Positions 1 through 11,575 of a DNA stretch of 64,000 nucleotides are shown piece after piece; position 1 is the stretch's first letter; each line of letters begins with the position of its first letter. Origin of the DNA: Heterodontus francisci (lineage: Eukaryota). A model generated the notes under the pieces. It saw only the letters and a program-made list of their open reading frames with translations. It did not search any database and was not told where the DNA came from. The stretch is taken from assembly GCF_036365525.1 (NCBI RefSeq), contig NC_090404.1, positions 11,932,550 to 11,996,549 on the forward strand, written 5' to 3'. The position numbers were made by a program, and so were the translations under genes.

Positions 1-213
1 AAGGCAAATGGTATGTTGGCCTTTATTGCAAGGGGATTGGAGAACAGAAATAAAGAAGTCTTACGAAAATTGTACAGGGCTATATTGAGACAGCACCTGG
101 AATACTCTGTGCAGTTTTGGTCTCCACATTTAAGAAAAGATGTACTTGCACTGGAGGCAGTGCAGCGAAGATTTACTAAACTGGTCCCTGGGATGAGGGG
201 GATGTCCTCTGAA
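1..213 (+). mobile_element. CR1-type LINE RT C-terminal fragment, left half of an element split by a nested insertion
   Basis: ORF 13..225 has LYRAILRQHLEYSVQFWSPHLRKDVLALEAVQRRFTKLVPG; it continues in register at 4552 (EERLSKLGLYSLEFRR). Confidence 0.9.
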
Positions 214-3200
214 CATAGAACATAAAACAGTACAGCACAGTACAGGCCCTTCGGCCCACGATGTTGTGCCGACCCTTTAACCTACTCTAAGATCAAACTA
301 CCTACATACCCTTCATTCTGCTATCATCCATGTACCGATCCAAGAGTCGCTTAAATGTCCCTAATGTATCTGCTTCTACTACCACCGCTGGCAGTGCATT
401 CCACGCACCCACTACTCTCTGTGTAAAGAACCTACCTCTGACATCTCCCCGAAACCTTCCTCCAATCACCTTAAAATTATGCCCCTGGTGATAGCCCTTT
501 CCGCCCTGGGAAAAAGTCTCTGGCTATCCACTCTATCTATGCCTCTCATCATCTTGTACACCTCTATCAAGTCACCTCTCATCCTTCTTCGCTCCAATGA
601 GAACAGCCCTAGCTCCCTCAACCTTTCTTCATAAGACATGCCCTCCAGTCCAGGCAGCATCCTGGTAAATCTCCTCTGCACCCTCTCTAAAGCTTTCACA
701 TCCTTCCTATAATGAGGCGACCAGAACTGAACACAATATTCCAAGTGTGGTCTAACCAGGGCTTCATAGAGCTGCAGCATAACCTCGCGGCTCTTAAACT
801 CAATCCCCCTGTTAATGAAAGCCAACACACCATACGCCTTCTTAACAGCCCTATCAACTTGAGTGGCAACTTTGAGGGATCTATGGACGTGTACCCCAAG
901 ATCCCTCTGTTCCTCCACACTACCAAAAATCCTGTCTTTGAGCCTGTATTTGACCTTCCAAAATGAATCACTTCACACTTTTCCAGGTTGAACTCCATCT
1001 GCCACTTCTCAGCCCAGCTCTGCATCCTGTCAATGTCCCGTTGCAACCTACAACAGCCCTCCACACTATCCACAACTCCAGCAACCTTTGTGTCATCGGC
1101 AAACTTGCTAACCCAGCCTTCCACTTCCTCATCCAAGTCATTTATAAAAATCACAAAGAGCAGAGGTCCCAGAACAGATCCCTGCAGAACACCACTGGTC
1201 ACTGAGCTCCAGGCTGAATACTTTCCATCTACTACCACCCTCTGTCTTCTATGGGCCAGCCAATTCTGTATCCAGACAGCCAAATTTCCCTGTATCCCAT
1301 GCCTCCTTACTTTCTGAATGAGCCTACCATGGGGAACCTGATCAAACGCCTTGCTAAAATCCATATACACCACATCCACTGTTCTTCCTTCATCAATAGT
1401 TTTGTCACATCCTCAAAGAATTCAATAAGGCTTGTGAGGCATGACCTGCCCCTCACAAAGCCATGCTGACTATCTCTAATCAAACTCTGCTTTTCCAAAT
1501 AATCATAAACCCTGTCTCTCAGAATCCTCTCCAATAATTTTCCCACCACCGACGTAAGACTGACTGGTTTGTAATTCCCAGGGTTATCCCTATTCCCTTT
1601 CTTGAACAAGGGAATAACATTTGCCACCCTCCAATCATCTGGTACTACTCCAGTGAACAGTGAGGACGCAAAGATCATCGCCAAAGGCGCAGCAATCTCT
1701 TCCCTCGCTTCCCGTAATATCTTTGGGTATATCCCGTCTGGCCCCGGGGACTTATCTATCCTCATGCCTTTCAAAATTTCCAGCACATCCTCCTTCTTAA
1801 CATCAACCTGTTCGAGCATATCAGCCTGTTCCACACTGTCCTCACAAACGACAAGGTCCCTCTCACTAGTGAATACTGAAGCAAAGTATTCATTAAGGAC
1901 CTCCCCTACCTCCTCCGACTCCAGTCACAAGTTCCCTCCACTATCCCTCACTCTGGCCATCCTCTTGTTCCTCACATAAGTGTAGAATGCCTTGGGATTT
2001 TCCTTAATCCTACCCGCCAAGACTTTTTCATGTCCCCTTCTAGCTCTCCTAAGTCCATTCTTCAGTTCCTTCCTGGCTACCTTGTAACCCTCTAGAGCCC
2101 TGTCTGATCCTTGCTTCCTCAACCTTAAGTAAGCTTCCTTCTTCCTCTTGACTAGCTGTTCCACATCTCTTGTCATCCAAGGTTCCTTCACCCTACCATC
2201 CCTTCCTTGCCTCATCAGGAGAAACCTATCCAGCAGTCGCAGCAAGTGCTCCCTAAACAACCTCGACATTTCTGTCGTGCATTTCCCTGAGAACATCTGT
2301 TCCCAATTTAAGCTCCCCAGTTCCTGCCTAATAGCATTGTAATTCCCCCTCCCCCAATTAAATATTTTCCCATCCCATCTGCTCCTATCCCTCTCCATGA
2401 CTATAGTAAAGGTCAGGGAGTTGTGATCACTATCACCGAAATGCTCTCCCACCGAGAGATCTGCCACCTGGCCTGGTTCGTTGCCAAGCACCAAATCCAA
2501 CATAGCCTCCCCTCTAGTCGGCCTATCGACATATTGAGTCAGGAAACCTTCCTGGGCACACCTGACAAAATCTGCTCCATCCAAACTATTTGCACTAAGG
2601 AGGTTCCAATCAATATTAGGGAAGTTGAAGTCACCCATGACAACAACCCTGTTACTTCTGCACCTTTCCAAAATCTCCCTCCCAATCAGTTCCTCCGTGT
2701 CTGTGTTGCTATTGGGGGGTCTCTTGAAAACTCCCAACAAAGTGACTGCTCCTTTCCTGTTTCTGACTTCCACCCATACTGACTCAGGAGACAAACCCTC
2801 CTCGACGACCTCCCTTTCTGCAGCTGTGATACTATCCCTGATTAGCAATGCCACTCCTCCACCTGTTTTACCTCCCTCCCTATTCCTTTTGAAACATCTA
2901 AACCCTGGAACATCCAACATCCATTCCTGCCCCTGTGATATCCAAGTCTCCGTAATGGCCACAACATCGTAGCTCCAAGTACTGATCCATGCTCTAAGTT
3001 CATCACCCTTATTCCTGACACTTCTTGCGTTAAAATAGACACACTTCAACCCATCATACTGGCTGTAACTTTGCCCTGTCAACTGTCTAACCTTCCTCAC
3101 AGACTCTCTGCACTCTGTATCTGCCTGTTCAACAGCTACCCCATCCACTGATCCGTAGCTCCGGTTCCCATCCCCCTGCCAAACTAGTTTAAACCCTCCC

Positions 3201-4551
3201 GAAGAGCGCTAGCAAACCTCCCGCCCAGGATATTGGTGCCCCTCCAGTTCAGATGCAACCTGTCCTTCTTGTACAGGTCCCACCTTCCCCAGAAGGTATC
3301 CCAATGATCCACATATCTGAAGCCCTCCCTCCTACACCAGCTCTGTAGCTACGTGTTCAGCTGCACTCGCTCTCTGTTTCTAGCCTCACTAGCACGTGGC
3401 ACCGGTATCAATCCTGAGATTACTACTCTGCTCGTCCTGCCTTTTAGCTTCAAACCTAACTCCCTATATTCGCTTTTCAGGTCGTCATCCCTTTTCCTAG
3501 CTATGTCATTGGTACCGATGTGTACCACGACTTCTGGCTGCTCCCCGTTCCCCTTAAGTATCCTGTAGACTCGATCCGAGACATCCCTGACCCTGGCACC
3601 CGGGAGGCAACATACCATCCGGGAGTCTCGTTCGTGACCACAGAATCTCCTGTCTGTTCCTCTAACCATTGAACCTCCTATCACTATCGCTCTCCTATTC
3701 TCCCCCCTTCCCTTCTGAGCCTCAGAGCCAGGCTCAGTGCCAGAGACCTGGCCGCTGTGGCTTTCTCCTGGTAGGTCGTCCCCCACAACCGTATCCAAAA
3801 CGGTATACTTATTATTGAGGGGAACGGCCACAGGGGATCCCTGCACTGTGCGCTATTCCCTTTCCCTCCCCTGACGGTCACCCAGCTACCTTTATCCTGT
3901 AACTTAGGTGTCACTACTTCCCTATAACTGCTCTCTATCACCCCCTCAGCCTCCTGAATGATCCAAAGTTCATCCAGCTCCAGCTCCAGTTCCCTAACGC
4001 GGTCTGTGAGGAGCTGGAGTTGGGGGCACTTCTCGCAGGTGAAGTCAGCAGGGACACAAGTGGTGACCCTCACCTCCCACATCCTGCAAGAGGAGCATGC
4101 AACTGCCCTAGCTTCCATCCCGTCTGCTCTAAATTGACAAAAGAGATTAAAAAAATAAAAATAAAATAAAGGAAAACCTTACCTTACCAAACCCTCCACA
4201 CAAGAGTCCTCTTTTTTTGGTTAGAGGAGGAGGATGGGTTGGAGACACTACACGTGTAGTGTTTCAGGTTTAGCCACTGCCCAAATATGTAAGTTCACTT
4301 ACCCAGCAGTCCCCGTGTCCGCGTCCGCCGAATCACAAAGTAAGTAATTTATAGCTCAACTTACCCTCCCGGCTGCCCCCTGGCTCGCGCTCTCACCACT
4401 CCCGCTGCTCAAATGGAAGAAAGAAATACCCACCAATCACTTACCAGCTCTCCTGTGATGTCACACTTCAATTTTTGCTGGTCAAGCAGGTCCACAGAAC
4501 AGAACAGAACAGAGCGCTCTCGCTGCTGCTTCTGGTCTCTGGCTTCGGCTC
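214..4551 (-). mobile_element. Near full-length CR1-type LINE: 5'UTR, ORF1 (Zn-finger/coiled-coil/SGNH esterase-like), ORF2 (APE endonuclease + RT), few frameshifts
   Basis: ORF1 pieces 3684..4118 (CSSC..CEKC) and 3349..3846 (VVVHIGTNDI). APE 1925..3148 (YFNARS, ITETW, MGDFN, SDH). RT 1307..1834, 696..1379 ([20 protein letters not shown]) and 466..918. (CATAGAA)n tail; CTGAA duplicated at 209-213 and 4552-4556. Confidence 0.95.
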
Positions 4552-4990
4552 CTGAAGAGAGGCTGAGTAAATTGGGCCTATATTCTCTGGAGTTTAGAAG
4601 AACGAGAGGCGATCTCATTGAGACATACAAGATTCTGAAAGGGCTTGACAGGGTAAAAGCTAAAAGACTGTTTCCGCTGGTCGGGGAATCTAGGACACAG
4701 GGACACAGTCTCAGGATAAGGTGCTGTTCATCCAGGACTGAGATGAGGAGAAATTACTTCATTCAAAGGGTTCTGAATCTTTGGAATTCTCTCCCCCAGA
4801 TGGTTGTGGATGTTCCCTTGTTGAATACACTTAAAGTTGGGATACATAGGATTTTGGTCTCACAGGAAATCAAGGGCTATGGGGAATGGACAGGAAAGTG
4901 GAATTGAAGCCCAATATCAGCCATGATTGTATTGAATGGCGGAACAGGCTCGATGGGCCATATGGTCTACTCCTGCTCCTATTTCTTGTG
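4552..4990 (+). mobile_element. CR1-type LINE 3' end, right half of the split element
   Basis: GLYSLEFRRTRGDLIETYKILKG...WNSLP followed by the typical 3'UTR. Confidence 0.9.
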
Positions 4991-5439
4991 TTTTTGTGAC
5001 AGTGTAGAGGGAGCTCTACTTTGTATTTAACAAGTGTTCTACCTGCCCTGGTTGTTTTCCACCATAGAAGAGTTGCTTTGAACACTCTGACTGTGGGAAA
5101 ATCTTTAGAAGTTCAAGGCAGCCGAAGCTTAATCAGTGTATTCTCCTGTCTAAATATTCAATGTGTGGGGAGAAATTAACCCCAATTGCTGAGACACCAG
5201 TGAGTTCACCTGTGAACTGCAGGGATTGGATTTGGTTGAATTAATCACATCTGGGACTGAGGTATAGCAGAGTGCCCCTGAAATTCGGTGTCTGGGTGAA
5301 TTTTTCATTATTTTCCTCTCAATAGGATCACAGAAAATTATTTTCGAATCACTGACTGGGTCTTCCATTGGCAAAGCTGTTACCCAGCATTCTCCGTGGA
5401 AGTGAATGTTCCCCAGGACAGTTCTGTTCAACTTTTATA

Positions 5440-5975
5440 AAACACTGATTTGGCCTTATCTGCAGCATTGTTTCTAGTTATAGGCACCACACTTTAGGAA
5501 GCATTAGAGAGAACGCAGAAAACAGTCACAAGAATGGTTCTAGGATGAGGAACATCTGTTAGCTGGATCGATTTGAGAAGTTGGGATTGTTTTCCTCGAA
5601 GAGAAGGCTGAGAAGAGATTTGATAGACGTTTTCAAAATCATGAGGGGTCTGGACAGAGTAGATCGGAAAAAAACTGTTCCCATTGGTGGAAGGAGCAAA
5701 AACAGGAGGGCACAGATTTAGTTAACAGGCAAAAGAAACAATGACGACATGAGGAAAAATATTTTCACGCAGTGAGCGGTTAGGATCTGGAATGCGCTGG
5801 CTGAGGGTGTGGCAGGTTCAACTGAGGCATCAACGAGGGAATTGGATTGTTATCTGGAAAGGAAGAATATGCAGGATTATGGGGAAAAGGTGGGGGAGTG
5901 GCACTAGGTAAATTGCTCCTTCAGAGAGCCAGTGCAAACGTGATGGGCCGAATGGCCTCTTCCTGCAACGATTCT
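5440..5975 (+). mobile_element. Degenerate CR1-type LINE 3' fragment
   Basis: Decayed LGLFS..RRLRRDL / WNAL motifs and a GATGGGCCGAATGGCCT 3' tail. Confidence 0.75.
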
Positions 5976-6227
5976 GGGACATGTATTTTTCGTTATTGTG
6001 GTGTCTAACAATCACCTCGATAAAACAGGAAATTCCTGGAAACACAATGCAGGTCCTTTTTTATCTGGAGATAAATTATTCTCCTCCACCTGATATTTTA
6101 ATGCAGACTTGTACCAATTAATTTTAAATGGGTTTACTTTAAGTAAGTTAGCACTGATTTTTAATTGGTAAACTCAGGACTGTCTTTGTACAATATCTTT
6201 GACAGTCATTTTCTGCGCGGTAACAGA

Positions 6228-6545
6228 GGAGCCCAGTACGCAGGCGCAGAATGGGACGATGCAGGAGCATGCGCAGTGTCACTTTAATCAGAGGCCTCCG
6301 CAAGTGCTGACGATGTTTTTGCAGTGGGTGAGTGTCAGCAGGGCGCAGGGGAGGAATGGAGGCGGCTGGTGGGCGGAGAGGTTTCACAAACACCTGGTGT
6401 TGGCCGCAAGCCTCGAATAGAAACCTCCAGGTCTCGCGTTTGCAGCTTATTTCTCGGGGAACAGGCGCCAGGTTAATGGCCGCCATCTTAGTTCAGCGGG
6501 GAGCCATCTTGATTACGTCACAGAGTGGGCGGGGTTTCAGGGTCC
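6228..6545 (+). promoter_or_regulatory. ZNF cassette CpG-rich promoter/exon 1 (copy A)
   Basis: GCATGCGCA (NRF1-like) at the ATG 6269, donor GTGAGT 6328-6333, YY1-like CCGCCATCTT ~6480, GC box. Homologous copies at ~10330-10590(-), 23860-24030(+) and 26570-26930(+). Confidence 0.7.
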
Positions 6546-7141
6546 CGGTGACCAGGAGAGAAAATCATTGACTCATTGATTTGATTCTCACTCTGCACAC
6601 AGGGGCTGGAGAACTGAACCCAGTCAGAGCAGAGGGAGAAATGGTGCAGATGGTGAGATAGGTTTGCATTTCAGCACAGGGAGGAGGGAGAGTGTGTGGG
6701 ACGAGGATTTACAGTTTTGGGGAAAACAAGAGAGGAAAAAATGTTCCATAGAAACTAGAATTGTCTGTTCAGAATTTCTATCCAATACTGACAGTGATAA
6801 CATTTGTAAACTCCTTTTATATGTTTATGGAAGGGGAAGATTTGCAGACAGGAAACTCAAACCAAATCTGAGATCAACATCTGACGTCACCACTCGATTC
6901 ATTAGAACCTGAATATCATCATCCATTGGATGTGGAAGGAGAAATGTTTGTTTGTTCTGTATGTGGGAAAAAATTTCAAACATCACTGTGACTGGAAAAG
7001 CACCGAGACACACACACCTGAGTCAGAGTGTTCCAGTGCACTGACTGGAAAGAGCTTTAACCAATTACACAGCCTGAAAAAACATTGCACCATTCATAGC
7101 GGAGGGAAACCTGTGTTTCTTTGTGTGTACAATTCAACTGA

Positions 7142-8020
7142 TCAGCCAATCTGGAGGGACAGAAGGACACTCACACCCCAGAGAAACGGTGGAAATGTGG
7201 GGACTGTGGGAAGGGATTCAATTATCCGTCTGAGTTGGAGATCCATCAACGTAGTCATACTGGGGAGAGGCCGTTCACCTGCTCTATGTGTGGGAAGGGA
7301 TTCACTCAGTCATCCCACCTCCTGACACACCAACTTGTTCACACAGATAACAGACCTTTCAAATGTTCTGACTGTGAGAAGAGCTTTAAAAGTAAAAACG
7401 ACCTGCTAAAACACCAACGGATTCACTCTGGGAAGAAGCCATGCACTTGCTCCGTATGTGGGAAGGGATTCACTCGATCAGCCAACCTCCTGATACACCA
7501 GCGAGTTCACACAAGGGAGAAGCTGTTCACCTGCACTGATTGTGGGAAGGAATACATGGATTCATCTGACCTTCTGACACACCAGCGAGTTCACACTGGG
7601 GAGAGACCATTCACCTGTTCTCTGTGTGGGAAGGGATTCCGAAAAACAACCAATCTCACTCAACACCATCTTGTTCACACTGATAAGCGACTTTTTAAAT
7701 GTTCTGACTGTGAGAAGAGATTTAAAAGTAAATGCAATCTGCTGAGACACCAGCGAGTTCACACTGGGGAGAGGCCGTTCACCTGCTCTGTGTGTGGGAA
7801 GGGATTCACCGCGACATCCCACCTCATTCAACACCAACTTGTTCACACTGATAAGAGACATTTTAAATGTTCTGCTTGTGAGAAGAGATTCAAAAGTAAA
7901 AGCAATCTGCTGAGACACCAGCGAGTTCACACTGGGGAGAGGCCATTCATCTGTTCTGAGTGTGGGAAGGGATTTACTGAGTCAAAGAATCTGTTGAGAC
8001 ACCAGCGAGTTCACAAGTGA
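7142..8020 (+). CDS. C2H2 zinc-finger array (ZNF-A), 10 tandem fingers; start codon unresolved
   Basis: Open frame after TGA 7139-7141: [13 protein letters not shown]...HTGERPF repeats, ending HQRVHK*. The exon-2 acceptor is mutated (CTCCTTTTATAT versus CTCCTTTTACAG) and decayed fingers lie upstream at 6940-7140. Confidence 0.85.
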   Translation, partial: SANLEGQKDTHTPEKRWKCGDCGKGFNYPSELEIHQRSHTGERPFTCSMCGKGFTQSSHLLTHQLVHTDNRPFKCSDCEKSFKSKNDLLKHQRIHSGKKPCTCSVCGKGFTRSANLLIHQRVHTREKLFTCTDCGKEYMDSSDLLTHQRVHTGERPFTCSLCGKGFRKTTNLTQHHLVHTDKRLFKCSDCEKRFKSKCNLLRHQRVHTGERPFTCSVCGKGFTATSHLIQHQLVHTDKRHFKCSACEKRFKSKSNLLRHQRVHTGERPFICSECGKGFTESKNLLRHQRVHK

Positions 8021-8099
8021 CCGCAGGGATTGTATTCTGCTGTTATTGCTGCTGTTAATCACATCCAGAACTGAATCCTGACTGGAAACATGTTTCCAA

Positions 8100-9370
8100 T
8101 TGGTCTCAACAGGTCTCAGCACTAGGCTTCTTGTTTTTCGTGGTATATATCAATGATTTAGACTTAACTGTAGGGCCACAATCAGCCAACTGTGTAACAG
8201 CCCCGACAACCAACTTTATCTGCAGTGCCTGTGGAAGAGTCTGTCACTCTAGAATTTTCCTTTGTAGCCACTCCAGGCGCTGCTTCACAAACCACTGACC
8301 ACCTCCAAACGCTTACCCATTGTCTCTCGAGACAAGGAGGCCACAGAAGAGAAGAAGATATCAATGATTTAGACTTAACTGTAGGGCCATGATTAAGTTT
8401 GCAGATGATACAAAAAATGGTTGTGTGTTTGATAATGAAGAAGAAAGCTGTAGACTGCAGCAAACTATCAATGGACTGGTTAGGTAGGCAGAAAAGAGGC
8501 AAATGGAATTCAACCTGGGGAAGTGTGAGGTAATGCATTTGGGAAGGGCAAACAAGGCAAGGGAATATACAGTGAATGGTAGGATCATGAAAAGTGTACA
8601 GGAACAAAGGGACCTTGGAGTACATGTCCACAGATACCTGACGGTAGCAGGACAGGTACATAACGTGGTCAAGAAGGCATATGGGATACTTTATTAGTTG
8701 AGACATAAAATATAAGAGCAGCGAGTATTTCCAGCATTTTCTGTTTTTATTCCAAGAGCAGGGAGTTTTGTGAGACCTGAACAAAACATTAGTTGGATCA
8801 CAGCTAGAGTACTGCGTACGGTTCTGGTCTCTGCAATAGAGGAAGGATGCGATCACACTAGCGAGAGTATAGATGTGATTGCATTCAAGAGGGTACAGAG
8901 GAGATCTACAGAGGATGTATTGGGAAAGGAGAATTTTAACTGTGATGAGATATTGGATAGGCTGGGGTTGTTTTCTTTGGAACAGAGGAGGCTGACGGGA
9001 GATTTAATTGAGGTGTATAAAATTATGGGGGGCCTAGACAGAGTGATAAGAATGACCTGTTTCCCTGAGCAGAGAGGCCAATAGCTAGGTGACATAGATT
9101 TAAAGTAATTGGCAGAAGCATTAGAGGGGAGTGGAGAAATCATTTCACCCAGATGGTGGTGAGGGTCTGGAGCTCACTATCTGAAAAGGTGGTCGAGGAA
9201 GAAACCCTTATTGCATTAAAAAAAAACACTTGCATATGTACTTGAAATGCCGTAACCTACACGACTACAGACCAAGGGCTGGAAAGTGGGATTAGTCTGG
9301 ATTGCTCTTTTTCAGCCGGCACAGATACAATGGGTTGAATGGCCTCCTGTGCTATAAATTTTCCATGTTT
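8100..9370 (+). mobile_element. Degenerate CR1-type LINE RT/3' fragment
   Basis: [24 protein letters not shown] and LGLFSLEQRRLTGDLIEVYK motifs. Confidence 0.85.
8179..8357 (+). mobile_element. RTE-type LINE 3' fragment with 32-bp target-site duplication
   Basis: Matches the 3' end of the RTE at 24156-25500; flanked by ATATCAATGATTTAGACTTAACTGTAGGGCCA at 8147-8178 and 8358-8389. Confidence 0.85.
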
Positions 9371-9519
9371 CTACTCCGATAGTTTGGGTTTGTTTCTGCT
9401 GATGTTAATAACCCCTCTAATTGGGCTGGAGTTTAATATTCTGGATAGATTTGAAATAAATCAGCTTTGTTTTAAACACATTGTTGTAGATTTCTGTCTT
9501 TAGCACCTGAGTGTTTAGC

Positions 9520-10320
9520 ATCACTGGAAGCTCGGGGTCATACTTGCGAACCGAGCAGAAGTCTTCCGCAAAGCAGTCACCCAATCTGCATTTGGTGTCC
9601 CTGATGTAGAGGCAACCACATCGTGAGCAGCGAATACAGTATACTAAATTGAAAGAAGTACAAGTAAATGGCTGCTTCACATGGAAGGAGTGTTTGGGAT
9701 CTTGCAAATTGGGTGAGCACTTTGCAGAACAGGTCCGCTCAATCCGCAAGCATGACCCCGAGCTTCCGGTTTCTTGCCATTTGAATTCACCACCTGCTCT
9801 CAGGCCCACATTTCTGTCCTCGCTCTGCTGCAGTTCAACACAAGCTTGAGGAAGAGCACCTCATCTTCTGATTAGGAACTCTGCAGCCTTCTGGATTTTG
9901 GATTCAATATTGAGTCAATATTCAGACCATGTTTATTTATTTATTTCTAATTTTGATACTTTTATTATTTTTTAATCATGTGCGAGTCTTAAACTTGTTT
10001 TTCATGTTTTTGCTGTCGAACAAAGCTGTTCATTATTCTGCCATTCGGACTCTCTCTGGAGAAATGCTTTGTCTTTTACTACAACTATTTAGCACTCTAT
10101 TTTCCTTCTATTCCATGACATCTCTGTCATTTAATCTCTCCTGCCCTCCATTCTATCATAGATCTCCCCATTTGTTCTTCTTTCCCCTCCCCCCACCCCC
10201 CCTTTCACTTGCTCAAAGGCTGTTACATTTCTAACTTTTGCCAGTTCTGATGAAAGGTCACAGACCTGAAACATGAATTGTTTCTCTCGCCACACATGCT
10301 GCTTGACCTGCTGTGTATTT
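9520..10320. mobile_element. Penelope-like element GIY-YIG/3' fragment with internal inversion
   Basis: FTCTSFNLVYCIRCSRCGCLY on the - strand joined to LGEHFAEQVRSIRKHDPELPVSCH on the + strand, followed by the element tail. Confidence 0.75.
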
Positions 10321-10329
10321 TGAGCACTT

Positions 10330-10590
10330 TCTGTTCACCTGGATGTTCTTACTCGGGGCTTGCGGCCTACACCAGGTGCTTCTGAAGGCTCCCCGCTCAC
10401 CCGCCGGCTCTTTTCCACCCCGCGACCCAAGGACTGTCACCCGCTGCAAAAGCTTCTCCAGCACCCGCACAGCTCTGATCAAAGTGGCAGTGCGCATGCT
10501 TCAGATACATGCAGCATTGCTGGGCTCCTGTAGAATGAAGAGGGCACATTCACTTCCATGGGGAATGCTGGGTAACAGATCTGCCATTGT
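10330..10590 (-). promoter_or_regulatory. ZNF cassette promoter/exon 1, orphan copy; exon-1 ORF intact (MRTATLIRAVRVLEKLLQR)
   Basis: ATG 10497 to 10441 (19 codons), then GT donor at 10440; homologous to 6228-6545. Confidence 0.7.
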
Positions 10591-11211
10591 TGTGTGAATC
10601 GGCTCCAGGAGTAAATGCATTGTCACTGTCCATCACCTATTCCAAACTCCAGCTAAAAACTTGAGGGAATAACACAGTGTACTAAGAAAGGAAATGCGGT
10701 GGATGTTGTGTAAGTGAATTGTCAAAAGGTGTTTGATAAGGTGTTGGAGAGGAGGCTTGTTGATAAAATTAAGGCTCACAGTATCATTGGACAAGTTCAT
10801 TTTAGATGGAGTTTGCAATAGGTGATGGACATAGTTTATTTCTTGCTGGAGCCTGTGGACTGAACCTGCATGGTAAGGCTGACTCAGATAAAATAGGGAT
10901 CAGGAGACTGGAGAGAAAAGCCGCCTCAGTGCCATCTTCTTCTGGAAGAACCTGTCAACAGAGTGACATGTACACATGAAACGTTGTACAGTGATTTGTG
11001 ATTCCAGATTATTCCCACTCTGTTCAATTTTTCTTCTGTATCTTTGTCATCTGATTTATATCAAGAAATGTATGGAGATTTTAATCATTAAGAGAAATGG
11101 TGTATGGTTTGACGAATCACAACTCAGGATGAGATTTGGATGAATTGAGATCAAGACAATCATAGAATCATAGAAAGTTTATGGCACAGAAAGAGGCCAC
11201 TTGGCCCACTT

Positions 11212-11575
11212 GGGCAGCACAGTGGCGCAGTGGTTAGCACCGCAGCCTCACAGCTCCAGGGACCCGGGTTCGATTCCGGGTACTGCCTGTGTGGAGTTTG
11301 CAAGTTCTCCCTGTGTCTGCGTGGGTTTTCTCCGGGTGCTCCGGTTTCCTCCCACAAGCCAAAAGACTTGCAGGTTGATAGGTAAATTGGCCATTATAAA
11401 TTGTCACTAGTATAGGTAGGTGGTAGGGAAATATAGGGGGGATGTTTGGTAGGAATATGGGATTAGTGTAGGATTAGTATAAATGGGTGGTTGATGTTCG
11501 GCACAGACTTGGTGGGCCGAAGGGCCTGTTTCAGTGCTGTATCTCTAATCTAATCTAATCTAATCCACCTAATCT
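11212..11575 (+). mobile_element. tRNA-derived elasmobranch SINE (HE1-like), full length
   Basis: A box TGGCGCAGTGG, B box GGTTCGATTCC, LINE-shared tail GGGCCGAAGGGCCTGTTTC, (CTAAT)n end. Confidence 0.85.

Noticed and set aside
6989-6991. Shared TGA codons as selenocysteine or programmed readthrough
   Set aside because: They do not fall at Cys positions, a paralog has CGA at one site, and the surrounding fingers also have frameshifts, so readthrough would not restore the frame.
7562-7930. Antisense ORFs over the zinc-finger arrays and LINEs
   Set aside because: Expected shadows of repetitive coding sequence.
10830-10960. Minus-strand acceptor-like TTGACAG, short frame and AATAAA resembling a terminal exon
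   Set aside because: Does not match the EMC4 C-terminus or any protein I recognise; no supporting evidence.
11212-11290. tRNA-like A/B boxes
   Set aside because: SINE heads, not tRNA genes.
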